NCBI GenBank assembly: GCA_036259235.1
Contig: DATACF010000078.1
Location: forward strand, 1 to 58,183
Source of the DNA: Longimicrobium sp.
GTDB taxonomy: Bacteria; Gemmatimonadota; Gemmatimonadetes; Longimicrobiales; Longimicrobiaceae
Length of the DNA stretch: 58,183 nucleotides
Direction of reading: 5' to 3'
Positions 31,701 through 49,500 of the stretch are shown one piece after another (position 1 is the first letter of the stretch; every line of letters begins with the position of its first letter). The translations under genes and the position numbers were made by a program. The notes below the pieces were generated by a model. It did no database searches and had not been told where the DNA came from. It worked only from the letters and a program-made list of their open reading frames with translations.

Positions 31701-31989
31701 CGAGCTCTGGAAGCCGATCCTCCGGGTGGAGAAGGTGGGGGCGCACGACGACTTCTTCTCGATGGGCGGGCACTCGCTCAAGGCGCACACGCTGATGGTG
31801 GCGATGCGCGAGAAGATGGACGCCGACCTCCCCATCCGCGCCATCTTCGAGGCCCCCGTCCTGGCCGACCTCGCCGCGCGGATCGACCAGCACCGCGCCG
31901 AGGTCCTGGCCGGCGTCGTCGCCGAGCTGGAGGGGATGAGCGACGAGGAGGCCCGGGCGCGCCTCGCCGAGGCCGGCGCGCCCGTCTGA
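28756..31989 (+). CDS. Monomodular NRPS C(DCL-type)-A-T
   Basis: N-terminus NVEDLYPLTPLQQGMLFH, with HHLLFDGWS, TVSGRP and VFENYP, typical of D-acceptor C domains. Code DVFWLGLVYK. GGHSL. C-terminal AELEGMSDEEA. Confidence 0.94.
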   Translation: MNRQNVEDLYPLTPLQQGMLFHTVYSPSSGAYTEQLTMRMQGEMRAELYARAWRAAVERHGALRTAFVWEKVPKPLQVVFRAVEVPFETHDWRGHSEAEQSALMAAFLEDDRRRGFDLTKAPLVRINVFLLDEERCSAVLTMHHLLFDGWSFGTVNAEVMSLYNAWARGETVELPRLKPFREYVAWLARQDMDAAERFWRRSLDGFRAPTPLGVDRPCAPGAVTEEYGYAKVKVGPETARALQALARRHGLTVNTLLQGAWALLLSRYAGEPDVVFGCTVSGRPGDLPGVREMVGLFINTLPMRVRVEPAAPLMEWLHALQDDQAELRQHEHSPLVDVQGWSEVPRGRPLFESLVVFENYPMKRDDPGDILKIVDGASPERTNYPLVLVVVPGPDALILRLTYDPARLAPAAAEGVLRHLSTLLEEMARDPGRRLCDLPMVTEEERARLVDEWGTRALAYPRDATLTEVFEAQVAATPDAVAVAFGGDSLTYAELNARANRLARRLRALGAGPGVRVALPSARSLELVVSLLGVLKSGAAYVPLDPGYPAERLAFLLADSGAAALVVPAGVPAAFAGFRGPVVSLRDVVAADDDPHADANPGHGGQAATDPACLIYTSGSTGRPKAVLATHRAFVRVAVAGGFAEIGPGTGFLQLAPLTFDVGSFEVFAALLNGARLEVFPPEVPSPEALGAFLRDRAVDTLWLTTGLLNQVVEAAPEVLGCARRLLTGGEAMSPATAKRLLAVHPHLPVVNLYGPTETGVYATAHRVTEEDLGRTSIPLGHPVPNTRVVLVDAALRPVATGVPGEVCIGGDAVAIGYHGRPALTAERFVPDPFSAEPGARMYRTGDRARWLPEGVMEFIGRLDFQVKLRGFRVEPDEVAAALCDLEEVRDAVVLARSDAGGELYLAAYVVADVRDAEALRASLRGRLPDFMVPAAWVFLDALPLNAHGKVDRAALPEPDEGARARAAAHVPPRTETEMALAELWKPILRVEKVGAHDDFFSMGGHSLKAHTLMVAMREKMDADLPIRAIFEAPVLADLAARIDQHRAEVLAGVVAELEGMSDEEARARLAEAGAPV

Positions 31990-32005
31990 GTCCGTTCGAA
32001 CTGCA

Positions 32006-32090
32006 GCCTCTCACAGGGGGCACAGGGGACACAGAGAGCCCCGTGCGGACACGACGCTCCCCCGTGTCCTCTGTGTCCCCTGTGAGAGGC
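32006..32090. repeat. Imperfect 27-bp inverted repeat built from cacag(a/g)g units (REP/MITE-like)
   Basis: gcctctcacagggggcacaggggacac (32006-32032) pairs with gtgtcctctgtgtcccctgtgagaggc (32064-32090) with two mismatches. Confidence 0.7.
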
Positions 32091-32196
32091 CCTCGCGGAG
32101 CCTGGAAGTACCGTGGGACCGTGGGATTCGCGACGAGAAGCGCGCCCGCGGGATTTGATGGATAGATCGAGACCGAGACCACTTGAAGAGGCCGAC

Positions 32197-36954
<4,758 letters not shown>

Positions 36955-36958
36955 GGGA

Positions 36959-36982
36959 AGTCCTGAGTCCTGAGTCCTGAGT
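36959..36982. repeat. Short tandem heptamer repeat (agtcctg)x3
   Basis: agtcctgagtcctgagtcctgagt just after the stop codon. Confidence 0.8.
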
Positions 36983-36991
36983 AGGGATTTG

Positions 36992-37293
36992 GGGATCGGG
37001 ATCGGTTGGAGGATCGGCAGGATCGGAGGGGGAGGGCGGGCTTTCGTCGCGTTCCGGCGCGGCGGCGGCCCCCACCCCCCTCCCCCGCTGCGCGAGGGAG
37101 GGGGAGAACTTCGACGCGAAGCGCCGTCGTCTCCGCAGCCGAAGTCCATGTAGCCGTGCGATTTATCGCGCCCGCGGAGCCATCCCGTTCGATGGGTCTC
37201 CGCGGATCGCGCCGGGCCAACCAACCCTCTCCCAATAATGGGAGAGGGTGGCGAGCCTGAAGCGAGCCGGGTGAGGGCCCCCGCGCGGAGCCC
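36992..37293. repeat. Composite REP/BIME-like intergenic repeat, copy B
   Basis: Ordered units: ggatcgg repeats; gcggcccccacccccc...gggagggggagaacttcga; ccctctccc-aataat-gggagaggg-tggcgagcctgaagcgagccgggtgagggccc. Confidence 0.75.
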
Positions 37294-37527
37294 CGTCGCC
37301 CCACAATCGTCAGAACTCCGGTGGCCGTCGAGCCGCGACGGTTCGCGACCGCCGCCGCCGGACCCGAGCACCACAGCACCACCGGGCGCGATGACGCCCG
37401 ACCCGGGAGGGCCTCGCGGGGGCGGCGGTATGCGCCCACGAGGGCCCCTTTTCGACATAAATGGCCCCGAGCGCGCGAAAGCGTGTCTTTCGAGTGCGGG
37501 GGCGGCCACGAAGCGACACGAGACGCC

Positions 37528-40500
37528 ATGAGCCGGCAGAACGTAGAGGACATCTATCCTCTTTCTCCCCTCCAGCAGGGGATCCTCTTCCACACGCTCC
37601 TTTCGCCCGGCGCCTACACCGAGCAGCTCGCCATGGACATGCGCGGGCCGCTCCACGTGGAGGCGTTCGCGCGCGCGTGGCAGAAGGCGGTGGACCGCCA
37701 CCCGGCGCTCCGCACCGGCTTCGTCTGGGAGAACGTCCCCAACCCGCTGCAGGTGGTCTACCGGCAGGCGAAGGTCCCCACCGAGATCCTCGACTGGCGC
37801 CACCTCGCCGCGCCCGAGCGCGAGGCCCGGATCGAGACGCTCCTCAAGGACGACCGCGCCGCCGGCTTCGACATGGCGAAGGCGCCGCTGCTCCGCATCA
37901 AGCTCATCCGGACGGGCGAGAAGGAGCACTTCTTCCTCCTCTCCTTCCACCACATCCTCATCGACGGGTGGTCGCTCCCGCTGGTGATGATGGACATGGG
38001 CGCGGCGTACGAGGCCGAGCTCACGCACCAGACGGTGAAGGCGCCCCCGGTGCGCCCGTACCGCGAGTACATCGCGTGGCTCAACCGGCAGGACCTGGCG
38101 CAGGCCGAGGGGTACTGGCGCCGCGCGCTGGCCGGCGTCACCGCCCCCACCCCCCTCCCGCTCGACCGCGGCGCGCCGGGCGACGTCACCGAGGAGCACG
38201 CCCTCGAGGCGGTGCGCCTGGCGGGCGACCTCTCGGAGCGGCTCGACACCTTCGCCCGGGCCAACAAGCTCACCGTCAACACCGTCGTCCAGGGGGCGTG
38301 GTCGCTCCTCCTCTCGCGCTACGCGGGGGAGGAGGACGTGGTCTTCGGCACCACCGTCTCCGGGCGCCCGGCCGACCTCCCGGGGGTCGAGTCGATGGTG
38401 GGGCTGTTCATCAACACCCTCCCGGTCCGCGTCTCCGTCCCCCGCGACCGGGCGGTCCTCGACTTCCTGGCCGGGCTCCAGGAGCAGCAGGCGGAGCTGC
38501 GGCAGTACGAGTACGCGCGGCTCACCGACGTGCAGGGGTGGAGCGAGATGGCGCGCGACCTCCCCATGTTCGAGAGCCTCCTCGTCTTCGAGAACTACCC
38601 GCTGGGCGGCTCGGTCGAGAACGAGCCGGAGGAGGACGCGCTCGACATCGCCCCGCGGCAGGTCCTCGACCGGACCAACTTCGCCATCTCCTTCGTGGTG
38701 GCGCCGGTCGGCGACATCGAGCTGCGGATGACGTACGACGCCCGCCGCTTCGACGCCGCCACCATCCGCCGCCTCCTGGCCGGGGTGCGCACGGCGCTGG
38801 AGGGCTTCCTCGCCGCCCCCGAGGGCGCGCTGGGCGACGTCCCCCTCGTCCCCGAGGAGGACCGCCTCCGCATGGCCGAGTGGCACGCCGAGACGGCGCG
38901 GGCGTACCCGCCGGACGTCCTGGTCCACCAGCTCTTCGAGGCGCGCGCGGCCGCGCACCCGGAGGTCCCGGCGGTCGTCCACGACGGCGAGACGGTGACG
39001 TACGGCGAGCTGAACGAGCGCGCCAACCGGCTGGCCCACCGCCTCCGCCGCCTGGGCGTGGGGCCGGAGGCCGCCGTGGGCGTGGTGATGGAGCGCGACC
39101 CCGACCTCGTCGCCGCCATCCTCGCCGTCCTCAAGGCGGGCGGGGCGTACGTCCCCGTCGACCCCGCGTACCCGGCGGACCGCGTCGGCTTCATCCTCGC
39201 CGACGCGGGCGCGAAGGTCGTCCTCACGCAGTCGCGCCTGGCCGACACGCTTCCGGCGGTCGACGGGGCGGCGGTGATCGCGGTGGACGACGCGCCGGAG
39301 GTGGAGGGCGAGGGGGCGTGGGACCCGGAGCCCGTGGCGGACCCGCGGAACCGCGCGTACGTGATCTACACCTCGGGGTCCACGGGCCGTCCGAAGGGGG
39401 TGGAGATCGCGCACGCCAACACGTCGGCGCTCCTCCACTGGATGGGCGAGCGCTTCCCGCTGTCGGCGGGAGAGCGCGTGCTGGCGTCCACTTCGGTCAC
39501 CTTCGACGTCCACGTGGCGGAGCTGCACTACGCGCTGGCCCACGGCGGGACGCTGGTGCTGGTGGAGAACGCCCTCTCCCTCGCCGAGGTGGGCGAGGGG
39601 GCGGGGCTGGTGCACGCGGCCATGGTCCCCACCGCCGCGGCCGAGCTGGCGCGGATCGGCGGGGTGCCCGGGACGCTGAAGCGGATCGTCCTGGGCGGCG
39701 AGGCCGTGCCCTCCGCGCTGGGGGCCGACCTCTACGCGCTGGGCGTGGCCGAGGTGCACAACGGCTACGGGCCGACGGAGGACACGACCTATTCGACGAC
39801 GGCGCTCCTCCCCCGCGACGGGAAGCGCGCGCCGATCGGCCGGCCGGTGGGAGGGAGCCGCGGCTACGTGCTGGACGAGCGGCTGCGGCCGGTGCCCATC
39901 GGCGCGCCGGGCGAGCTGTACCTGGCGGGCGCCGGCGTGTCGCGCGGGTACCTGGGGCGGCCGGGGATGACGGCGGAGCGGTATCTCCCCGACCCGGAGT
40001 CGGAGACGCCCGGCGCGCGGATGTACCGCACGGGCGACCTGGTGCGCCGTCTCCCCGACGGGGAGCTGGAGTACCTGGGGCGGATCGACTTCCAGGTGAA
40101 GGTCCGCGGCTTCCGCATCGAGACCGGCGAGGTGGAGTCGGTCCTCGCCGGCCACCCGGCGGTGGGGAGCGCCGTCGTCGTCGCCCGCGAGGACGTGGCG
40201 GGCGACCGGCGCCTCGTCGCCTACCTCGTCCCTTCGAACGGAGCGGTTCCGCCTTCGTCCGACCTGCGGGAGTGGGTGAGGGAGAGCCTTCCCGAGTACA
40301 TGGTCCCCAGCGCCTTCGTCCCGCTGGAGGCGTGGCCGCTGACGTCGAGCGGGAAGGTGGACCGCCGCGCCCTCCCCGCCCCCGACGCGTCGCTCCTGGA
40401 GCACGCCGGGTGGGTGGCGCCGCGCTCGGGGGTGGAGGAGATGCTGGCCGGGGTGTGGGCCGAGCTCCTCCGCGTCGACCGGGTGGGCGCGCACGACTCG

Positions 40501-43500
40501 TTCTTCGAGCTGGGCGGCCACTCGCTCCTCGCCACGCAGCTCGTCTCGCGGATCCGCGAGGCGTTCCGGGTGGAGCTCCCCTTACGCACGGTGTTCGAGG
40601 CGGGGCGGCTGGACACGCTGGCCGCGGCGATCGAGGGGGCGCTGAAGGGCGGCGCGGCGGGTGGCGTCCCCGACCTGGAGCCGCGCCTCCTGGGCGCCGA
40701 GGCGCCGCTCTCGTTCGCGCAGGAGCGGCTCTGGCTCATCGACCAGCTAGAGCCGGGGGGCGCGGCGTACAACATGGCCGAGGCCACGCGCCTCACCGGC
40801 GCGCTCGACCACGGGGCGCTGGAGCGCACCTTCACCGAGATCGTCCGCCGCCACGCGGTGCTGCGCACCGTCTACGCCGAGCGCGACGGCCAGCCTGTGC
40901 AGGTGATCGCCGAGGCCGCGCCGCTGTCCATCCCCGTCGACGACCTCACGCATCTCCCCGCCGAGGAGCGGAAGGCGGAGGCGCGGCGGATCGTGGACGC
41001 GGCGGCGCGGGCGCCGTTCGACCTGGCCACGGGGCCGGTGATCCGGGTGCGGCTGATCCGCCTGGCGGAGGACGACCACGTCCTGGTGATGACGATGCAC
41101 CACATCGCCGCCGACGCCTGGTCGATCGGCGTGCTGGTGCGCGAGATGGCCGTCCTCTACGAGGCGTTCTCGGCCGGAAGCCCGTCGCCGCTGGCCGAGC
41201 CGCGGCTCCAGTACGCCGACTACGCGGCGTGGCAGCGCGAGTGGCTCTCGGGCGCGGCGCTGGACGCCGAGGTGGGGTGGTGGAGCGACGCGCTGGCCGG
41301 GGCGCCGCCGGTGCTGGAGCTGCCGACGGACCGGCCGCGCCCGGCCACGCAGAGCTACGCGGGGGCGGAGTACGAGTTCTCGCTCCCCAGGGCGCTGGCC
41401 GAGCAGGCGAGCGCCCTCTCGCGGAAGGAGGGGGCGACGCTCTTCATGGCCCTCCTCGCCGCCTTCCAGGTGGTCCTCTCCCGCTGGTCCGGCCAGCGCG
41501 ACCTCCTGGTGGGGACGCCGATCGCCAACCGCACGCGGGGCGAGGTGGAGGACCTGATCGGCTTCTTCACCAACACGCTCGTCATCCGCGGCGAGCTGGG
41601 CGGCGAGCCCACCTTCCGCGACCTCCTGCTGAAGGCGCGCGAGCGGCTGCTGGGGGCGTACGCGCACCAGGACGTCCCCTTCGAGAAGCTGGTGGACGCG
41701 CTCCACGTCGAGCGGTCCTTGAGCCACTCGCCCCTCTTCCAGGTGATGTTCACACTGAACAACGCCACGCAGGGCGAGTTCGCGCTCTCCGGCCTCACCC
41801 TCGACCGCTTCGGGCGCGACGTGGGCACGGCGCGCTTCGACCTCACCCTCGTCCTCACCGAGGACGAGGGCGAGCTGAGGGGGGTGGTGGAGTACGCCAC
41901 CGACCTCTTCGACCGGGCCACGATGGAGCGGCTGGTCGGCCACTTCCGCGCCGTCCTGGAGCAGGCGGCCGCCGCGCCCGAGACGCGCGTCTCCGCCTTC
42001 TCCCTCCTGGGGGAGGAGGAGAAGCGCGCCGTCGTCCACGGGTGGAACGCGACGGACGTCGCCTACGACGGTCCCGCGACGCTGGCCGCCCTCTTCGAGG
42101 CGCAGGCGGCGCGGACGCCGGACGCGGTGGCGCTCTCCTTCCGCGGTGAAGACCTCACCTACGCGCAGCTGAACGCGCGGGCCAACCGGCTCGCGCACCA
42201 CCTGCGTGCTCTCGGCGTCGGCCCGGACTCGCGCGTGGGCGTCTGCATCGAGCGGTCGGTCGACATGGCGGTGGCCGTCCTGGCGACGGTGAAGGCGGGC
42301 GGGTGCTACGTGGCGCTCGACCCGGCGTACCCGGAAGACCGCCTCCGCTACATGCTCGACGACAGCCGCGCCGCCGTCCTCCTGGCGCGCGCGGCCACGG
42401 CGTACCGCCTCCCCCGCACCGACGCCGCGTTCGTCCGCGTCGACGCCGACCGGGAGGAGATCGAGCGCCGGTCGCCGGACGATCCCCAGGTCGCCGTCGA
42501 TCCCGAGAACCTGGGGTACGTCCTCTACACCTCGGGGTCGACCGGCCGGCCGAAGGGCGTGGCGCTCCCGCAGCGCGCGCTGGTGAACCTCGTCCGCTGG
42601 CAGACGGCGAAGTGGGCGGGGGAGCCGCCGGCGGCGACGCTCCAGTTCGCCTCGCTCTCCTTCGACGTCTCGTTCCAGGAGATCTTCGCCACCTGGTCCG
42701 GCGGCGGAACGCTCGTCCTGGTGGACGACGACACCCGGCGCGACGCGGACGCCCTCCTCCGCTATCTCGCCGAGAACGGCGTCGAGCGCCTCTTCCTCCC
42801 CTTCGCCGCCCTCCAGCACCTCGCGGAGGTGGCGGCCGAGCGGGACCTGGGCGGGCTGAAGCTGCGCGAGATCGTGACCGCGGGCGAGCAGCTCCAGAGC
42901 ACGCCCGACCTCGTCCGTTTCGTCCTTTCCACCGGCGCGCGGCTGGAGAACCAGTACGGGCCCACCGAGGCGCACGTGGTGAGCGCGTACACGCTCCCCG
43001 CCGAGACGGAGGCGTGGCCGCTCCTCCCGCCCATCGGCGCGCCGATCGCCAACGACCGGCTGTACGTCCTCGACGCCCGCTTCGAGCCCGTCCCGGTGAG
43101 CGTCCCGGGCGAGCTCTACCTGGCGGGCGAGGGGCTGGCGCGCGGCTACCTCGACCGGCCGGGGCTCACGGCCGAGAAGTTCGTCCCCTCGCCCTTCGGC
43201 CCCGCCGGGGCGCGGATGTACCGCACGGGCGACCGGGCGCGGTGGCTCCCCACCGGCGACGTGCAGTACCTGGGGCGCGCGGACGACCAGGTGAAGCTCC
43301 GCGGCTTCCGCATCGAGCTGGGCGAGATCGAGGCCGTCCTCCGCCAGCACCCGGCGGTGGGCGACGCGGCCGTCGTCGTCCGCGGCGAGGGCGGAGACAA
43401 GCGGCTCGTGGCGTACGTGGTGGCCCACCAGGGGCAGGGGGCGGACGCGGCGGCGCTCAAGGCGCACCTCAAGGGGCGCCTCCCCGAGTTCATGGTCCCC

Positions 43501-46500
43501 TCGGCCGTGGTGCCGATGGAGACCCTTCCGCTGACCCCCAGCGGGAAGGTGGACCGCCGCGCCCTCCCCGCCCCCGAGGCGGCCGGCGGCGGCGGGGGGT
43601 TCGTGGAGCCGCGCACGGAGACCGAGCGCGCGGTGGCGGCCGTCTGGGCCGAGGTGCTGCGGAACGAGCGCGTCGGCGTCCACGACGACTTCTTCGACGC
43701 GGGCGGCCACTCCCTCCGCGCGGCGCAGGCCATGTCGCGCCTCCGCGACGCCTTCGGGGTCGACCTCCCCCTCCGGGCGCTCTTCGAGGCGCCGACGGTG
43801 GCCGAGCTGGCGGAGCGCATCGAGGCGGCGGGCGGGCGCTTCCGCGAGGGCGGGGCGCCGGCCATCACCCGCGCGCCGCGCACCGCCGGGCTCCCGCTCT
43901 CCTTCGCGCAGGAGCGGCTCTGGCTGGTCGACCAGCTCCAGCCGGGGAGCCCGGCGTACAACATGCCCGGCGCGCTCCGCATCCGCGGCGCCCTCGACGC
44001 CTCCGCGCTGGAGCGCGCGCTGGCCGAGATCGTCCGCCGCCACGAGCCGCTGCGCACCACCTTCGCCGTGCACGGCGACCGCCCTGTGCAGGTCGTCCAC
44101 CCCGCGGGCGCCTTCGCGCTCCCGCTGGAGGACCTGACGGGGACCGGCGACGCGGAGGCGCGCGAGGCCGAGATGCTCCGGCGCGTGGACGCCGAGGCGC
44201 GCACGCCGTTCGACCTGCGCACCGGGCCGGTGATCCGCGCCCGCCTCCTCCGGCTGGCGGAGGAGGAGCACGTCTTCCTCTTCACCTTCCACCACATCAC
44301 GGCCGACGGGTGGTCGATCGGCGTCTTCGTGGGCGAGCTGACGGTGCTCTACGACGCCTTCTCGCGGGGGCTCCCGTCGCCGCTCCCCGAGCTCCCGGCG
44401 CAGTACGCGGACTTCGCCGTGTGGCAGCGGCGGTGGCTCTCCGGGGCGGCGCTGGAGCGGCAGATGGCGTACTGGCGCGATACGCTGGCCGGCGCGCCGC
44501 CGCTCCTGGAGCTCCCGGCCGACCGGCCGCGCCCGGCGCTGGAGAGCTTCCGCGGGGCGAGCGCCGTCTTCGGCCTGGTGCCGGAGCTGGTCGACCGGCT
44601 CCGCGCCGTGGCCCGCGAGTCGGACGCGACGCTCTTCATGGCGCTCCTGGCCGGCTTCCAGCTCCTCCTCTCGCGGTGGGCGGGGCAGGACGACGTGGTC
44701 GTCGGCTCGCCGATCGCGGGGCGGACGCAGACGCAGGTGGAGGGGATGATCGGCCTCTTCATCAACACGCTGGCGCTGCGGGGCGACCTCTCGGGCGACC
44801 CCTCGTTCGCGGCGCTCCTGGGGCGGACGCGCGAGGCGACGCTGGGGGCGTTCGCGCACCAGGACCTCCCCTTCGAGAAGATGGTGGAGGAGCTGGCGCC
44901 CGAGCGGAGCCTGTCGCACCACCCGGTGTTCCAGGTCGTCTTCTCGCTCCAGAACACGCCGCAGGAGGGGATCGACCTGGGCGGGGTCGACCTCTCGTTC
45001 ATCGAGACCGACAGCGGCACGGCCCGCATGGACCTGTCGCTCTCGCTCACCGAGACGCCGGACGGCGGGCTGTACGCCACGGTGGAGTACGCGACGGATC
45101 TCTTCGACGCCGCCACCGTCGACCGCCTCTTCGCGCGGTACGCCGACCTCCTCGACGCCGCCGCGGCGCGCCCGTCGGAGCCGGTCTCCGCGCTCGCGGT
45201 CGCCGAGGGGGAGGAGCGGGAGACGGTGGTCCGCGCGTGGAACCGCACGGCGACGGAGTATCCCCGTCACGCCACGATCCATTCGCTCTTCGCGGAGGTC
45301 GCGGCGGCCTCGCCGGACGCGGTCGCGCTGGTCTACGAGGGCGAGACGACGACGTACGGCGAGCTCGACCGGAAGGCCAACCGCCTCGCCCGCGTCCTCC
45401 AGGCGCGCGGCGTGGAGGCGGGGGCGCGCGTCGGCCTCACCGTCGAGCGCTCGGCGGACTCCGTCGCCGCCATGCTGGCGGTGCTGAAGGCGGGGGCGTC
45501 GTACGTCCCGCTCGACGCCTCGTATCCGGCCGAGCGGCTCCGGTTCATGCTGGACGACTCCGCCTGCGCCGCGCTGGTGGTGCGCGACGCCGTCCCCGAG
45601 GCGCTGGCCGGCTTCGGCGGCGCGGTGGTCTCTCTCGCGGCGGATCGGGACGCGATCGAGGGTGAGAGCGGGGAAGCGCTTTCGGTCGAGACGAGCCCCG
45701 AGGCCGAGGCGTACGTGATGTACACCTCGGGGTCGACCGGACGTCCCAAGGGCGTCCGCACGCCGCACCGGGGCGTGGTGCGCCTGGTGCGCGAGACGAA
45801 CCTGGCGGACTTCGGGCCGGACCAGGTGGCGCTGCACGCGGCCTCGCTGGCCTTCGACGCGTCGACGCTGGAGATCTACGGCGCGCTGTTGAACGGCGGC
45901 CGCCTCGTCGTCTTCCCCGCCCACACGCCCAGCGTTGAGGAGCTGGGGGCGGCCATCCGCGAGAACGGCGTGACGCTCGCCTGGCTCTCGGTGGGGATGT
46001 TCAACCGGATGATCGACGAGCGGCCCGAAGACCTCGCCGGGCTGGCGCAGCTCTGCACCGGCGGCGACGCGGCGTCGATCCCCCACACCCGGCGCGCGCT
46101 GGAGCTGCTGCCGGGCGTGCGGCTGATCAACGGCTACGGGCCGACGGAGAACACCTCGCTCACCACCCGCCGCGTCGTCCGCGCGGAGGACGCGGAGCGG
46201 GCGAGCGTCCCCATCGGCGAGCCGCTGTCGAACACGCGGGTCTACATCGTCGACTCGAAGCTCCGGCCCGTCCCCGTCGGCGTCCCCGGCGAGCTGGTGA
46301 CGGCGGGCGACGGGGTGGCGCTGGGGTACGTGAACCGCGACGACCTGACGGCCGAGAAGTTCGTCACCGTCGACTTCGGGAACGGCCTGACGGAGCGCGT
46401 CTACCGCACGGGCGACCGGGCGCGGTGGCTGGACGGCGGCACCGTCGAGTTCCTGGGCCGCGTGGACACGCAGGTGAAGGTGCGCGGCTACCGGATCGAG

Positions 46501-49500
46501 CCGGGCGAGGTGGAGACGGTGCTCGCCTCGTTCGACAACGTCGGCAAGGCGGTGGTGATCGTCCGCGAGGACGTCCCCGGCGACAAGCGCCTCGTGGCCT
46601 ACGTCACGCCTCGCGACGGTGTGGCGCCGACGGCCGACGCGCTCCGCGAGGCGGCGCGGGGGGCGCTCCCCGAGTACATGGTGCCCGCCGCGTTCGTGGT
46701 GATCGACGAGGTCCCGCTGACGCCGAACGGGAAGGTGGACCGCCGCGCCCTCCCCGCGCCCGAGTGGACGCGCGAGGACACTTACCTTGCGCCGCGGACG
46801 GAGACGGAGTCCACGCTCGCCGCCATCTTCGCCGAGGTGCTGGGGGTGGAGCGGGCGGGGATCGACGACGACTTCTTCCACATGGGCGGGCACTCGCTCC
46901 TCGCCACCCAGGTCGTCTCCCGCATCCGCCAGGCGTTCGGGGTGGAGCTCCCGCTCCGCGCCGTCTTCGAGGCGACCACCGTGCGCGGGCTGGCCGGGAA
47001 GATCGAGGGCGAGCGTCCCGCGGACGCGATGACGGTCGCGGAGGCGGAGCGGAAGTCGGGGCGCATCCCCCTGTCGTTCGCGCAGGAGCGGATGTGGTTC
47101 CTCGACCAGCTCGACCCCGGGAGCGCGGTCTACAACCTCCCGTCGCCGATGCGGCTCAAGGGCGCGCTCGACGTCGACGCCCTGGAGCGCGCGCTCTCCG
47201 ACATCGTCCGCCGCCACGAGGTGCTGCGGACCTCCTTCGGGCTCCGCGACGGGGCGCCGGTGCAGGTGATCGCGCCGCCCTTCCGCGTGCGGCTGGAGGC
47301 GGTCGACCTCTCCCATCTCTCCGAAGAGGAGCGCGAGGCGGAGGCCGCGCGGATCACGGCGGCCGACCTGGACGCGCCGTTCGACCTGGCGGCGGGGCCG
47401 CTCTTCCGCGCCGGGCTGGTCCGGCTGGCGGAGGACGAGCACGTCCTCCTGGTCAACTTCCACCACGCCATCACCGACGGGTGGTCGATGGGGGTCTTCT
47501 TCCGCGAGCTCCTGGCGCTCTACGGCGCCTTCTCGCTTCAGCGACCCTCGCCCCTGCCCGAGCCGGCGCTCCAGTACGCCGACTTCGCGGTGTGGCAGCG
47601 GAAGTGGCTCGACGCCGCGCGCGTGGCCGAGCAGGTGGCGTACTGGAAGGAGACGCTGGCCGGCGCCCCGGCCGTCCTCGAGCTGCCGACGGACCACCCG
47701 CGCCCGGCGGTGCAGACGCACGCGGGCGCCAGCGAGTGGGCGCTCTTCCCCCGCGAGCTGGTGGACGGGCTCCACGCCCTCAGCCGCCGCGAGGGGGCCA
47801 CGCTGGCGATGACGCTGCTGGCGGCCTTCCAGCTCCTCCTGGGCCGCCTGGCCGGGCAGGACGACGTGGTCGTCGGCACCCCCATCGCCGGGCGGACGCG
47901 GGCGGAGACGGAGGAGATGATCGGCCTCTTCCTGAACACGCTGGCGCTCCGGACGCGGCTGGACGGCGACCCCACCTTCAGCGAGCTCGTCGGCCGCGCG
48001 CGGGAGACGATGCTGGGGGCGTACGCCCACCAGGACGTCCCCTTCGAGCGGCTGCTGGAGGAGGTCCGCCCCGAGCGGAGCCTGGCCTGGAGCCCCGTCT
48101 TCCAGGTGATGTTCAACCTCCTCAACTTCGACGCGGGCGGGGCCGTCCCCGAGGGGCTCCAGATCACCCCCGTGGGCGGCGAGCACGAGTACGGCGCCAA
48201 GTTCGACCTGACGCTGTACCTCCAGGAGACGCCGCACGGGATGGTGGTGCACGCCCTCTACAACCCCGACCTGTTCTCGGCCGGGCGGATGGAGGAGATG
48301 GTGCGCCAGCTCCAGGCCGTCCTCGAGCAGGCCGTCCGCGAGCCCTCGCGCCCCGTCTCCACCTTCACGCTGTTGTCGGACGAGGCGCGCCCCGCGCTCC
48401 CCGATCCGGCGGCGCCGCTCCCGGCGGAGTGGTTCGGCCCGGTCCATTCGGCCGTCTCCGCCCGCGCGGCGGAGGCCCCGTCGCGCGTCGCCCTGGTGGA
48501 CCGCGACGGCGAGTGGACGTACGCGGAGCTGGAGTCGACGGCGAACCGCATCGCCCACCGCCTCGTCTCCAGCGGGATCGCGAAGGGTGACGTGGTCGCA
48601 ATCCACGCCCACCGCAGCGCGCCGCTCGTGGCGGCCATGCTCGGCGTGGCGAAGGCGGGGGCGGCGTGGACCGTCCTCGACCCGGCGTACCCGCCCGCGC
48701 GGCTGGCGGAGCGGGTGCTGACGGCGCTTCCGCGCGCCTGGGTGCGGGTGGCCGCCGCCGGCCCCGTCGCGCCCGAGCTGGAGGCGCTGATCGGCCATCT
48801 CCCGTTCGTCGCGGAGATCGAGCTCCCCGCGGGGCCGAACCCGGCTTCGCTCGCGGATCTTCCGACCGATCCGCCCGCGGTCGACGTGGGCCCGGACGAC
48901 CTCGCCTACCTCGCCTTCACCTCGGGGACGACGGGGACGGCGAAGGCGGTGATGGGGACGCACCGGCCGCTCTCGCACTTCTTCCGCTGGTACGTGGAGA
49001 CCTTCGCCACGACGGCGGACGACCGCTGGTCGATGCTCTCGGGCCTGGCGCACGACCCCCTGCTCCGCGATGTCTTTGCGCCGCTGGTCTCCGGCGGGAC
49101 GCTCGTCATCCCGGACGCGGAGGAGATCGGGACGCCGGGGTACCTGGCGTGGTGGATGGCGGCGCAGGACGTCACCGTGGCGCACCTGACGCCCGCCATG
49201 GGGCAGCTGGTGGCGTCGGGCGAAGGGGACGACGGGAGCCCCGTCCTTCCCGCGCTCCGCCTGGCCTTCTTCGGCGGCGACGCGCTCACCGCGCGCGACG
49301 TGCGGCGGGTGCGCTCCGTCGCGCCGAACGTGCGGGTGGTGAACTTCTACGGCGCCACCGAGACGCCGCAGGCCATGGGGTGGTTCGAGCCGCAGACGGA
49401 GCCGGAGGGGGCCCGCGAGGCGCTCCCGGTCGGCCGCGGGATCGACGGCGTGCAGCTCCTCGTCCTCACCCCGGCCGGGTCCCTCGCGGGCGTCGGCGAG

